Below, piece by piece: positions 31,153 to 40,847 of a stretch of 64,000 bases of DNA. Origin of the DNA: Anaeromyxobacteraceae bacterium. GTDB lineage: Bacteria > Myxococcota > Myxococcia > Myxococcales > Anaeromyxobacteraceae. The position numbers were made by a program, and so were the translations under genes. The notes below the pieces were generated by a model. That model did not search any database and was not told where the DNA came from. It saw nothing but the letters and a program-made list of their open reading frames with translations. The stretch's first letter is position 1. Each line of letters begins with the position of its first letter. The stretch lies in NCBI GenBank assembly GCA_047602405.1, contig JASGHJ010000002.1, positions 3,584,001-3,648,000 on the forward strand. The letters are read 5' to 3'.

Positions 31153-32598
31153 ATGCGCTCCCCCACGGGCACCGCCCGGAGGCTGTTCCTCGCCTTCGCG
31201 CTCCTCGTCTCCCTGTTCGCGCTCGCGTCCCTGCTGACGCTCGTCCAGCTCCGGGACATCCGGCACGGCCTCGCCGACATGAAGCAGCACGAGGAGGGCG
31301 TCCGCATCGCGCTCGAGCTCGCGAGCGCGGTCCGCGACCAGTACGCCCACCAGGCGCACACGATCATCCTCGGCAACGCGAGCCACCTGCACCTCTACGA
31401 GGAGGCCGAGGACCGGGTGAAGATCCTCACCGGTCAGGTGCGCGCGCACGCGACGCGCCCGGACGAGCGGGGCTGGGTCGAGGACATCGCCCGCTCGACC
31501 GACGAGCTCGACGGCATCTTCCGCAACCGGATCGTCCCCGCGGTGCTGCGCCGCGACCTCGAGGGCGTGCAGGCCGAGCACGACCAGGCCCAGCTCGTCG
31601 TGACCCGCATCCAGGACCGCGCCGACCGGCTCGCCCAGCGCTTCGAGGCCGCCATCGCCGCCTTCCGCGACGAGGTCGCCGCCGCGCAGGCCTCCGCGTT
31701 CCGGCAGGCGCTCTTCTTCCTCGTCGGCGCGCCGCTGCTGGCCGCGCTCGTGGGCGCCTACGTGCTCCGCTCCGTCGCGCGCCCGGTCGAGCGCCTGCGC
31801 GCCGGCGCGGAGCGGCTCGCGCGCGGCGACCTCGACACGCGCATCGACCTCGACACGCCCGACGAGTTCGGGGCGCTCGCCCGGCAGATGAACGCGATGA
31901 CGGCGTCGCTGAGGGAGCACCAGGACCGGCTCGTGCAGTCGGAGAAGCTCGCGGGCATCGGTCGGCTCGCCGCCGGCGTCGCGCACGAGATCAACAACCC
32001 GCTCGCGGTGATCCTCGGCTACGCGAAGCTCCTCGAGCGGAAGGCCGACCCGGCAGCCGCGAAGGACCTCAAGGTCATCGAGGACGAGACGCTCCGCGCG
32101 AAGCAGATCGTGGACGGCCTCCTCGAGCTCGCGCGGCCGCGCGAGGCGGAGCCCGAGCCGGTGGACCTCCGCGCGCTCTGCGACGAGGCCATCGGCCGGC
32201 TGCGCGAGACCGGGCTCCTCGACCGCGTGAAGGTCGAGGTCTCCGGCGCGGGCGCCGTGCGCGGCCAGCCGTACAAGCTGCGCCAGGTTGTCTTGAACCT
32301 CGTGCGGAACGCCGCCGAGGCCGCCGGCGCGGGAGGCCGGGTCGAGGTCGCGGTCGCGGACGGCGCCGCGGGCGCGGTGCTCACCGTGCGCGACTCCGGC
32401 GCGGGCCTGCCCGACGACGCCCGCGCGAGGCTCTTCGAGCCCTTCTTCACGACGAAGGCCAGCGGCACCGGCCTCGGCCTCGCCGTGTCGCAGGGCATCG
32501 TGCAGGCCCACGGCGGAGCGATCGAGGCCGCCTCGCCGCCGGGCGGCGGCACCACCTTCACCGTGCGCCTTCCGGCGAGCCCGCCGGGGAGGGTCTAG
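31153..32598 (+). CDS. HAMP sensor histidine kinase
   Basis: AHEINNPL H-box, NLVRNAAEA, DSGAG, FEPFFTTK, GTGLGL. Confidence 0.93.
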   Translation: MRSPTGTARRLFLAFALLVSLFALASLLTLVQLRDIRHGLADMKQHEEGVRIALELASAVRDQYAHQAHTIILGNASHLHLYEEAEDRVKILTGQVRAHATRPDERGWVEDIARSTDELDGIFRNRIVPAVLRRDLEGVQAEHDQAQLVVTRIQDRADRLAQRFEAAIAAFRDEVAAAQASAFRQALFFLVGAPLLAALVGAYVLRSVARPVERLRAGAERLARGDLDTRIDLDTPDEFGALARQMNAMTASLREHQDRLVQSEKLAGIGRLAAGVAHEINNPLAVILGYAKLLERKADPAAAKDLKVIEDETLRAKQIVDGLLELARPREAEPEPVDLRALCDEAIGRLRETGLLDRVKVEVSGAGAVRGQPYKLRQVVLNLVRNAAEAAGAGGRVEVAVADGAAGAVLTVRDSGAGLPDDARARLFEPFFTTKASGTGLGLAVSQGIVQAHGGAIEAASPPGGGTTFTVRLPASPPGRV

Positions 32599-32601
32599 CC
32601 C

Positions 32602-34011
32602 TTGGCCGTGCGCCCCCGCGTCCTCGTCGTCGACGACAAGGAGAACCTGAGGAACCTCCTCGTGCGCGTGCTCGGCGAGACCTGCGAGGTCACCGCCGCC
32701 GAGGACGGCGCCCGCGCGCTCGCGCTGCTGGCGAGCGCGGAGTTCGACGTGGTGCTCACCGACCTGCGCATGCCCGGCGCCGACGGCTTCGACGTGCTCC
32801 GCGCGGCGGCGGCGCGCCCGGCCGCGCCGGAGGTCGTGATGATGACCGCCTACGCCACCGTCGGCGACGCGGTCCGCGCGATGAAGCTCGGCGCGTACGA
32901 CTACCTCGAGAAGCCGTTCGACCCCGACGACGCGGCCCTCGTGGTCGCGCGCGCGGCCGAGCGGCGCAGGTCGCGGGAGCCGGCTGCCTCGACGGCGCCG
33001 TCGCCGGGCTCGGCGCCCGTGGGCCCCCCCGGGGGCCTCGTCGGCGACGGCCCGGAGCTGCGGGAGGTGCACCGCCTGCTCGCCCAGGCCGCCGCCGCGG
33101 ATCTCACGGTGCTCCTCACCGGCGAGACCGGCACCGGGAAGGAGCTCGCCGCCCGCGCGATCCACCAGGGCTCCGCGCGGCAGGCGAGGCGCTTCGTCCC
33201 CGTGAACTGCGGCGCGCTGCCGGCCGAGCTCGTCGAGAGCGAGCTCTTCGGCCACGCGCGTGGCGCGTTCACCGGCGCCGCGGGACCGCGACCGGGCCTC
33301 TTCGAGGAGGCCGACGGCGGCACCCTCTTCCTGGACGAGATCGGCGACCTCCCGCTGCCGGTGCAGGTGAAGCTCAACCGGGCGCTCCAGGAGAAGGAGA
33401 TCCGGCGCGTCGGCGACAACCGGGCGACCACGGTCGACGTCCGGGTGGTCGCCGCCACGCACCGCGACCTCCAGGCCGAGGTCGCCGCCGGGCGGTTCCG
33501 CGAGGACCTCTATTACCGGCTCGCCGTCTTCCCCGTCCGCCTGCCCCCGCTCCGCGAGCGCACCGGCGACGTGCCCGCGCTCGCCGCACACCTCCTCGCG
33601 AAGCACGCCCGCGCGCACCGCAAGGCGCTCGACGGCCTCGAGCCCGACGCGCTCCGCGCGCTCGAGGCGCAGCCGTGGCCCGGCAACGTCCGGCAGCTCG
33701 AGAACGCGATCGAGCGCGCCGTCGCCGTCGCGGGCGGGCGCACCGTGACGCTCGCCGACCTCGGCCCCGAGCTCCGCGCGCCGCCCACCACCACCCCCGC
33801 GACGCCCGCCCCCGCCGAGACCCGCCTCCCCTACAAGGAGGCCGTCGAGAACGCGCGCGAGCGCGCGTCGAAGGAGTACCTCGCCGCGATCCTGCGCGAG
33901 CACGACGGAAACGTGACCCGCGCCGCCGAGGCCGCCGGCATGGAGCGCGAGAGCCTGCACCGGCTCATGAAGCGGTACGGGCTCAGGGCGGAGGAGTTCA
34001 GGCGGAGGTAG
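32602..34011 (+). CDS. Sigma54-dependent NtrC-family response regulator
   Basis: Receiver (VVDD, TDLRMP), GETGTGKE, GAFTGA, WPGNVRQL, HTH. Confidence 0.95.
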   Translation: MAVRPRVLVVDDKENLRNLLVRVLGETCEVTAAEDGARALALLASAEFDVVLTDLRMPGADGFDVLRAAAARPAAPEVVMMTAYATVGDAVRAMKLGAYDYLEKPFDPDDAALVVARAAERRRSREPAASTAPSPGSAPVGPPGGLVGDGPELREVHRLLAQAAAADLTVLLTGETGTGKELAARAIHQGSARQARRFVPVNCGALPAELVESELFGHARGAFTGAAGPRPGLFEEADGGTLFLDEIGDLPLPVQVKLNRALQEKEIRRVGDNRATTVDVRVVAATHRDLQAEVAAGRFREDLYYRLAVFPVRLPPLRERTGDVPALAAHLLAKHARAHRKALDGLEPDALRALEAQPWPGNVRQLENAIERAVAVAGGRTVTLADLGPELRAPPTTTPATPAPAETRLPYKEAVENARERASKEYLAAILREHDGNVTRAAEAAGMERESLHRLMKRYGLRAEEFRRR

Positions 34012-34026
34012 GTCGGCCGCCCTGGC

Positions 34027-34340
34027 TCATCCATCCCGCCTCTTCTCGCCGCCTGGCGGATTCAACCACTCCGGCAGCTTCTTTAGCCACGCCTCGAAGG
34101 TGGGCGCGTACTCCTCTGCAACCCCTCGATCGTGGGCCCAATACAAGACGGGGGACTCCTCCGCGGCGCGCGCGTCGAGTGCGAAGTAGTCCCCGTTGCC
34201 GATTCCGTAGATCAAGGCGTGGGCGTCTCGCCATTCACCCGCGGAGAAGCGTACACCGCTCGAAGACGGCCGTCCCGATGCTGGCCCCCACATCGAGTCT
34301 GGTTCAAGCGCTTGAACCGCCGAATTATCCCGCGTAACCC
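34027..34340 (-). pseudogene. SMI1/KNR4 (SUKH)-like immunity protein fragment
   Basis: GNGDYFALD...PVLYWAHD...YAPTFEAWLKKL; lower GC; no clear start. Confidence 0.5.
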
Positions 34341-34434
34341 TCCGTGACTGCACGGATTGCCTGGTTGGCAAATCCCGCGCTGTTCGCCTCGCCGACGGTC
34401 CCGCCCCGGCACCACTCCAGCGCCCGAGCCCCCC

Positions 34435-34800
34435 ATGATGATCCTGATCGCCGGTCCCTACCGCTCCGGCACCCGCGACGACCCCGCCCTGATCGCCGCC
34501 AACGTGCAGGCGATGGTGGACATGTCGCTGCGCGTCTTCCGCGCCGGCCACCTGCCCGTGATGGGCGAGTGGTTCGCGCTGCCGCTGATCGAGGCCGCGG
34601 GCTCGAAGCGCATCGGCGACGCGATCTTCGACGAGATCTTCCACCCCATCTCGCGGGAGCTCGTGGCGCGCTGCGACGCCTGCCTCCGCATCGGCGGACC
34701 GTCGTCGGGCGCCGACGAGATGGTCGCGCTGGCGCGGCAGGCCGGGAAGCAGGTGTTCCTGCGCTTCGAGGACCTCCCCCGGGGCGCGAGGGGAACGTAG
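34435..34800 (+). CDS. DUF4406 / nucleoside 2-deoxyribosyltransferase-like protein
   Basis: MILIAGPYRSG...CDACLRIGGPSSGADEM. Confidence 0.75.
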   Translation: MMILIAGPYRSGTRDDPALIAANVQAMVDMSLRVFRAGHLPVMGEWFALPLIEAAGSKRIGDAIFDEIFHPISRELVARCDACLRIGGPSSGADEMVALARQAGKQVFLRFEDLPRGARGT

Positions 34801-34872
34801 CGGCGCCGGTCATGGAGTCGTGCGCGGACGTCTGCGCGACGACGCCCCTCGTCTCCGCCCGCCTGCGGCGGG

Positions 34873-35673
34873 CTACGCTCGGGGCGAACGGGCTCGCGGA
34901 ACGTCTCCCTTCACGGAGTGGGCGCCGGGCTCGAGGGAGGCGGCCGACGTGGCCGCGACCTGGTCCTTCTCCGCGTTCCCCCGCGCGACCTTCGCCTTCG
35001 CCTTCGCCCTCGCCTTCGCCTTCGCCTTCGGCTTCGCCGCCGCGGCCGCGGCCTTCCTCTTTGCCCCAACCCCGCGCACCGCCTTCGGCAGCCGGTCCGG
35101 ATGCGGCACCACCCCGCGCGCGAGCTCGTCGACGAACCGCTCGACCTTCCTCGCCCGCAGCTCCGGCTTCTTCGTGAGCATGAGCCGGTGGAGGATCGCG
35201 TAGCGGTTCGCCCCGTCGAGCTTTCCGAAGAGCGCCTTCGCGCGCGGGGCACGCGAGAGGGCCTTCGCGAGGTCGGGAGGCACCGTGGCGTTCTTCGGCG
35301 AGTCGTAGGCCGCGTCCCACCGGCCGTCCGCCTTCGCGCGCTCGACCTCGGCGAGCCCGGGCGGGCTCATGCGGCCGGCCGCGATCAGCGCGGCGACCTT
35401 CTCGCGGTTCACCTTCGACCAGGTGCTCTTCGGCCGCCGCGGCACGAAGCGCTGCTTCCAGGTGCGCGCGTCGAGGCCCTGGCTGCGCGCGTCGATCCAG
35501 CCCCAGCACAGCGCCACCTCGACGGCCTCGAGGTAGGTCACGCGCCGGAGCGGGACCCCCTTCTTCGCGAACTCGAGCCAGACCCCGTCCGGCGAGGTCG
35601 CGTGGTGCTTCGACAGCCACCGCTCCCACGCGGCGGGGGTCTCGCAGACGAGGAGCGGTCCAGGGTCGGCCAT
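34873..35673 (-). CDS. YdeI/OmpD-associated family protein with Lys/Ala-rich tail
   Basis: AWERWL, EAVEVALCWGWID, RRPKSTWSKVN, DGRWDAAY. Confidence 0.88.
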   Translation of the reverse strand: MADPGPLLVCETPAAWERWLSKHHATSPDGVWLEFAKKGVPLRRVTYLEAVEVALCWGWIDARSQGLDARTWKQRFVPRRPKSTWSKVNREKVAALIAAGRMSPPGLAEVERAKADGRWDAAYDSPKNATVPPDLAKALSRAPRAKALFGKLDGANRYAILHRLMLTKKPELRARKVERFVDELARGVVPHPDRLPKAVRGVGAKRKAAAAAAKPKAKAKARAKAKAKVARGNAEKDQVAATSAASLEPGAHSVKGDVPRARSPRA

Positions 35674-35931
35674 GACGAGGGGCGAAGGAGAACCGGTTCG
35701 CGGGGTTCTGACCCGGCCAAATCGACCATACAACGCTCGGTTCAACGCTTGACCTCCAGTTCTGTCGGAGGATCCCCCTACAGGGCCGTCGGACGGGACC
35801 CCGACGGCCTGCAAGCACCGGGGACGACACGTCTTTCACGATCGGCCCGACTCTGGGTCATCCGACGTCGAGCGTACGGTCGGTCTCGTGAACGGCCGGA
35901 CCGCCAGACCTCCCAGCCACCCGGTGCGTGC

Positions 35932-36402
35932 ATGAGCGCGGGCCCGCTGCTCTCGGTCCTCGAGCCGGACGCCCGCGCGGACGCGCTCCGGTTCGCCGAA
36001 GCGCTCGAGGCGCTCCCGGGCTCGGCCTGCCTGCTCGGACCCGGCGGCGAGATCCTGTACGTCAACGACGGCTGGGACCGCTTCGCGCGCGAGAACGGCG
36101 GCGCACCCGGCGCGCTCGGGGAGCACCTCCTCGGCAAGCGCTACGCGTCCTACGTCGGTGGCCGCGAGCCGCGCAGCTTCTTCGAGGGGCTCTGGCTCCG
36201 CGTCGTGGGCGGCCAGCCGGTCTCTTACCGCGACGGGTGCGACTCCGCGCTCGTGCACCGCAAGGTGTTCACCTCCTTCACGCCGGTGCGGCTCGGCGCG
36301 AGCTTCGGCGCGCTGGTCGTGCACGCGCTCGATGGCGCCGATGTCGCGCCACCGCTGCGCGAGCCGTCCGGTGCTCGCCCGGAGGCCTCGTGGACGCGGT
36401 GA
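35932..36402 (+). CDS. Stand-alone PAS-domain protein
   Basis: EILYVNDGWDRFARENG...LGKRY...CDS; TGA overlaps the next GTG. Confidence 0.65.
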   Translation: MSAGPLLSVLEPDARADALRFAEALEALPGSACLLGPGGEILYVNDGWDRFARENGGAPGALGEHLLGKRYASYVGGREPRSFFEGLWLRVVGGQPVSYRDGCDSALVHRKVFTSFTPVRLGASFGALVVHALDGADVAPPLREPSGARPEASWTR

Positions 36403-37019
36403 GGCAGCCCGCGCTGGACGGCGCCGGCGCGCGTCCGGGCGGCGCGCTCGTGCTCGGGCCGCTCGAGCAGCAGCTCTTCGACGGCGGACCGTCCGCGATG
36501 CTCATCCTGGACGCGCACGCCCGCGTGCTCGCGGCGAACCGCGCCGCCCACGCGCTGCTCGGGCCGGACCGCGACTGGCTCCTGCGCCCGAGCGGGGACG
36601 CGCTCCACTGCCTCAACGCCGAGCCCGCCGGCTGCGGCCGGGCGCCCGCCTGCACCGACTGCCTCATCCGCTCGACGGTCGCCCGCGTGCTCGCGAACGG
36701 CCACGTGGCCCGCGAGCGCACCGCGCTCGCGCTCCGGAACGGCCGGGGGCTGCGCGAGCTCTGGATGCTCGTCTCCGGGGCGCCGCTCGATCACGCCGGG
36801 GACCGCCTCGCGCTCGTGACGCTCGAGGACGTCACCGCCCTCGTGCGGGCCCGCGCGCTCCTGCCGATGTGCGCCCACTGCCGGCGCCCGCGGAGCGACG
36901 ATCATTTCTGGACGTCGGTGAAGGAGTACCTCGAGCAGCACCACGACGAGGACGTGAGCCAGGGGTTGTGCCTGGACTGCGCCCGCGACGTGCACGGCCT
37001 CACCTGGAGCGGGGAATGA
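36399..37019 (+). CDS. PAS protein with C-terminal CxxC...CxxC Zn-binding domain
   Basis: VLAANRAA, GDALHC...CG...C..C; LPMCAHCRRPR...W...SQGLCLDC. Confidence 0.7.
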   Translation: MRQPALDGAGARPGGALVLGPLEQQLFDGGPSAMLILDAHARVLAANRAAHALLGPDRDWLLRPSGDALHCLNAEPAGCGRAPACTDCLIRSTVARVLANGHVARERTALALRNGRGLRELWMLVSGAPLDHAGDRLALVTLEDVTALVRARALLPMCAHCRRPRSDDHFWTSVKEYLEQHHDEDVSQGLCLDCARDVHGLTWSGE

Positions 37020-37336
37020 CCCCCGGGCCGGCCGAGGCGAAGCAGGACGGAAGCGGTCTCCCCAGGGGAGACCAGGAGGTCGTCGTGGTCACGCTGGACA
37101 GGAAGCAGGTGTTGCGCTCGCTGGGCACGCAGGTCCGCAAGGTGCGCCTCGAGCGTGGGATGCGGCAGGAGGACCTCGCGATCGCGCTCGGGCTCTCGGT
37201 CGCCTACGTGAGCCTCATCGAGCGCGGACGCCGGAACCCGCCGATCACCACGGTGCTGGCGCTCGCGGAGGCGTTGAACGCCAACCCCACCGACCTCCTC
37301 GTGCGGGAGAGCCCGCTCGCCGAGGTCGCGGCGTAG
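37016..37336 (+). CDS. XRE-family HTH transcriptional regulator
   Basis: LGTQVRKVRLERGMRQEDLA...YVSLIERGRRNP; alternative start GTG 37085 after GGAGG. Confidence 0.88.
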   Translation: MTPGPAEAKQDGSGLPRGDQEVVVVTLDRKQVLRSLGTQVRKVRLERGMRQEDLAIALGLSVAYVSLIERGRRNPPITTVLALAEALNANPTDLLVRESPLAEVAA

Positions 37337-37345
37337 CACGCGCGG

Positions 37346-38582
37346 CTAGACGAGCCCCGCGGCGCGCTCGGCGAGCAGGATGCCGAGCGCCGCCGCGAGC
37401 GTGGCGAGCGTCACCACCGCGCCGATCCGCAGGAACCGCCAGAAGCCGATCCGCCCGCGCGAGCCGGCGAGCTCGAGCACGATCACGTTCGCGACCGAGC
37501 CGACGATGGTGAGGTTGCCGGCGAGCGTCGAGGCGAGCGCGGTGGCGAGCCAGAGCAGGCGCGGCTCCGACAGGCGCGGGATCCACTCGCCGGCCAGGAT
37601 CACGAACGGCACGTTCGAGACCACCTGCGAGGCGACGACGGAGAACCCGGAGAACGCGAGCACCTGGCGGGTGATCCCCTCGCCGAGGAGCGGCGCCACC
37701 CGGTCGTACATCGCGCCGGCGAGCCCCGCCCGCGCGGCGCCCGCCACCACCACGAAGAGCCCCGCGAAGAAGACGAGCAGCGGCCAGTCCACCTTCGCGA
37801 GCGCCTCCCGCGGCGCGCGGCCGGAGATGGCCATCGCGAGCCCCGCCGCGAGCAGCGCGGTCCAGGAGAGCGGGTAGCCGAGCAGGAACCCCAGGAGCGC
37901 GACGCCCGTGGCGAGGAGCGCCCGGGCGAGGAGCGGCCGATCGAGGGCGGGGGCGGCCCCCCGCGGCGCGAGCCGGACGCGCGGCAGCTCCTTGCGGAAG
38001 AGCAGGACCAGGATCGCGGCCACGATCGCGAGCGCGGCGAGCGCCGGCAGGAGGAGCGCGCCCGCGAAGGCGCGGTACGGGATCCCCGACAGCGTCCCGA
38101 CGATCATGTTCTGGGGGTTGCCGGTGAGCGTCGCGGCGCTGCCGGCGTTCGCGCCGAACGCGACGGCGAGGAGGTACGGGAGCGGCGGCAGCTCGGCGTC
38201 CTCGACCATCGCGAGCACGAGCGGCGTCATCATCAGGCAGACGGTGTCGTTGACGAGGAGCGCCGACAGCACGCCCGCGACGGCGACCACGCCGGCGAGA
38301 AGCGTGCGCGGCGTGCCGGCCGTCGAGAGGAATCCGGTGGCTCGCCCACCGGAAGAAGCCGGCCTCGGCGAGGTACGCGGAGAGCACCATCGTGCCGAGC
38401 AGGAGCCCGAGCGTGTCGCCGTTCACGGCGGCGGAGGCCTCGGCGGGCGCGAGCACGCCGGTCGCGACCATGGCGACCGCGCCGATGAGCGCCGCGGCGG
38501 GCCGGTCCACCGAGAGGAACGGGAAGCGCCCCGCCGCGATGGCGACGTAGGTGAGCGCGAAGACGAGGGCGGCGGTGAGCAC
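37346..38582 (-). CDS. SLC13/ArsB-NhaD (YbiR-like) anion permease (apparent frameshift near 38332)
   Basis: LVNDTVCL, TGNPQNM, VSNVPF, AGNLTIVGSVAN; halves join at GAATC 38330-38334. Confidence 0.85.
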
Positions 38583-38591
38583 CGTCGCCGG

Positions 38592-39431
38592 CTACCGCTC
38601 GCCCCAGCGCAGCTTCGCGCGGAGGATGCCGAAGAAGTCGATGCGCGGGTTCCGCACGAGGAGCACCGGGTTCGGCGCGGCCTGCACGCGGACCCGGTCG
38701 CCGCGCTCGAGCCGCAGGCCCGTCTGGCCGTCGAGCGTCAGGTAGACCTCGGAGTCGTTGACGAGCAGCACCTCGATGTTCTTGTCGTCGGGGGCGACGA
38801 TCGGGCGCTGGGTCAGGGTGTGCGGGCAGATCGGGCTCACGATGAGCCCCTTCATCGTGGGGAAGACGATGGGGCCGTTCGCGGCGAGGGAGTACGCGGT
38901 CGACCCGGTGGGCGTCGCCACGATGAGGCCGTCGCCCTTGTAGGTGGCGACCCACTGCCCGGAGCACCGCAGGTCGAGCTCGGCCATCTTCGCGAGCGCG
39001 CCCTTGCCGATCACCGCGTCGTTCAGGACCTCGGCGTTCACGACCGGCTCGGCGCTCGCCGCGCGGAACAGGTTCACCTGGAGCTTCATGCGCTCCGAGA
39101 CGATCGCGTGGCCGGCGAGCACCGACTCGAGGGCCGCGTACAGCTCGCTCTGCGGCACCTCGGTCAGGAAGCCCAGGCTCCCCATGTTGACGCCCAGGAT
39201 GGGCACCGGGCGGCCGCCGAGCAGGCGGGCGGCGTGGATGAGGGTGCCGTCGCCCCCGAGCACGACGAGGAGGTCGGCCGTGCGGCCGGCGTCCGGCTCG
39301 TCGGCCGCGACGGCCACGCCCTTCTGCGCGAGGAACGCCGCGACGAGCTTCGCCGTCTCCGTCGCACCCGGCGACCCGACCTTGTGTACGATCCCGACCC
39401 GCCTCGGGATCGGACACGGCTTGCCGTCCAT
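38592..39431 (-). CDS. nadK: NAD kinase
   Basis: LGGDGT, GSLGFL, LNDAV, DGLIVATPTGSTAYSL. Confidence 0.96.
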   Translation of the reverse strand: MDGKPCPIPRRVGIVHKVGSPGATETAKLVAAFLAQKGVAVAADEPDAGRTADLLVVLGGDGTLIHAARLLGGRPVPILGVNMGSLGFLTEVPQSELYAALESVLAGHAIVSERMKLQVNLFRAASAEPVVNAEVLNDAVIGKGALAKMAELDLRCSGQWVATYKGDGLIVATPTGSTAYSLAANGPIVFPTMKGLIVSPICPHTLTQRPIVAPDDKNIEVLLVNDSEVYLTLDGQTGLRLERGDRVRVQAAPNPVLLVRNPRIDFFGILRAKLRWGER

Positions 39432-39456
39432 GCCGGCATAATATCAGGGACTCCGC

Positions 39457-40785
39457 ATGGACCTCTTCGATCGTGCAGCCGAGCAGGACCCCGCCGCGCG
39501 CCCCCTGGCCGAGCGCATGCGCCCCAGGCGCATCCAGGACCTCGTGGGGCAGGAGCACGTGCTCGGGACGGGCACCGCGCTGCGGCGCGCCATCGAGGCC
39601 GACCGCCTGCCCTCGCTCGTCCTGTGGGGCCCGCCCGGGACGGGCAAGACCACGCTCGCCCGGGTCATCGCCGGGACCACCGGCGCCGAGTTCGTGGCCT
39701 TCAGCGCGCTCCTCGGCGGCGTGAAGGAGATCCGCGAGATCGTCGCGGCGGCGAAGGACCGCCGCAAGATGCACCGGAAGCGCACCGTGCTCTTCGTGGA
39801 CGAGATCCACCGCTTCACGAAGGCGCAGCAGGACGCGTTCCTCCCGCACGTCGAGGACGGGACGCTGGTGCTCATCGGCGCGACCACCGAGAACCCCTCC
39901 TTCCACGTCAACGCCGCCCTCCTCTCCCGGTGCCGCGTCATCTCGCTCCGGCCCCTCGGCGAGGAGGAGCTCGGGGCGCTGCTCGAGCGGGCCGTGAAGG
40001 CTCCGGAGGGGCTCGCCGGGACGGTGACCCTCGCCGACGACGCGCGCGAGGCCATCGCCCGCCACGCGTTCGGCGACGCCCGGCGCGCGCTCAACGCGCT
40101 CGAGGCCGCGGCGTCGAACGCGCTGCTGGCGGGGCGGAAGCTCGTCGAGCGCGCGGACGCCGAGGAGGCGCTCCAGGCGCGCACGCTGCTCTACGACAAG
40201 GCGGGCGAGGAGCACTACAACGTCGTCTCCGCGTTCATCAAGTCGATGCGCGGCTCGGACCCCGACGCCGCCGTCTACTACCTCGTGCGCATGCTCGAGG
40301 CCGGAGAGGAGCCGCGGTTCCTCCTGCGCCGGATGGTGATCTTCGCCTCCGAGGACGTCGGCAACGCCGACCCGCAGGCGCTTGGCGTCGCGGTGAACGC
40401 GCTCCACGCGTTCGAGCTCGTGGGGCTCCCGGAGGGCGTCCTGCCGATGACGCAGGCCGCGACCTACCTCGCGCTCGCGCCGAAGTCGAACACCGCGATC
40501 GCCGCCTACGCGGCCGCGCGCCGGCTCGTGAAGGAGCGCGGGCCGCTGCCGGTGCCGCTCGACCTCAGGAACGCCTCGACCGGGCTCATGGCCGCCATGG
40601 GGTACGGCGAGAACTACAAGTACCCGCACGACTTCGAGGGGAACTACGTCGCCGAGCGCTACCTTCCGGAGGCGATCCGCGCGGAGCGGATCGTGAAGCT
40701 CTCCGGGAACGGCAAGGAGAAGGAGCTCGGGGAGGCGCTCGACGCGCTGCGCGCGCGGAGCGGGAAGCAAGGAGAGAAGGAGTAG
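39457..40785 (+). CDS. rarA: Replication-associated recombination protein RarA/MgsA
   Basis: PLAERMRP, WGPPGTGKTT, DEIHRF, ATTENPSF, SAFIKSMRGSDPDA. Confidence 0.96.
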   Translation: MDLFDRAAEQDPAARPLAERMRPRRIQDLVGQEHVLGTGTALRRAIEADRLPSLVLWGPPGTGKTTLARVIAGTTGAEFVAFSALLGGVKEIREIVAAAKDRRKMHRKRTVLFVDEIHRFTKAQQDAFLPHVEDGTLVLIGATTENPSFHVNAALLSRCRVISLRPLGEEELGALLERAVKAPEGLAGTVTLADDAREAIARHAFGDARRALNALEAAASNALLAGRKLVERADAEEALQARTLLYDKAGEEHYNVVSAFIKSMRGSDPDAAVYYLVRMLEAGEEPRFLLRRMVIFASEDVGNADPQALGVAVNALHAFELVGLPEGVLPMTQAATYLALAPKSNTAIAAYAAARRLVKERGPLPVPLDLRNASTGLMAAMGYGENYKYPHDFEGNYVAERYLPEAIRAERIVKLSGNGKEKELGEALDALRARSGKQGEKE

Positions 40786-40847
40786 GCGCCGCGGGCCCAC
40801 GCCCGGGGCCGTGACAGACGGGCGGCACCCGTGGTCAAGTGCGCGCC

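Noticed and set aside
34990..35038. (TTCGCC)n repeat
   Set aside because: Simply encodes the KAKAKA low-complexity tail of the YdeI protein
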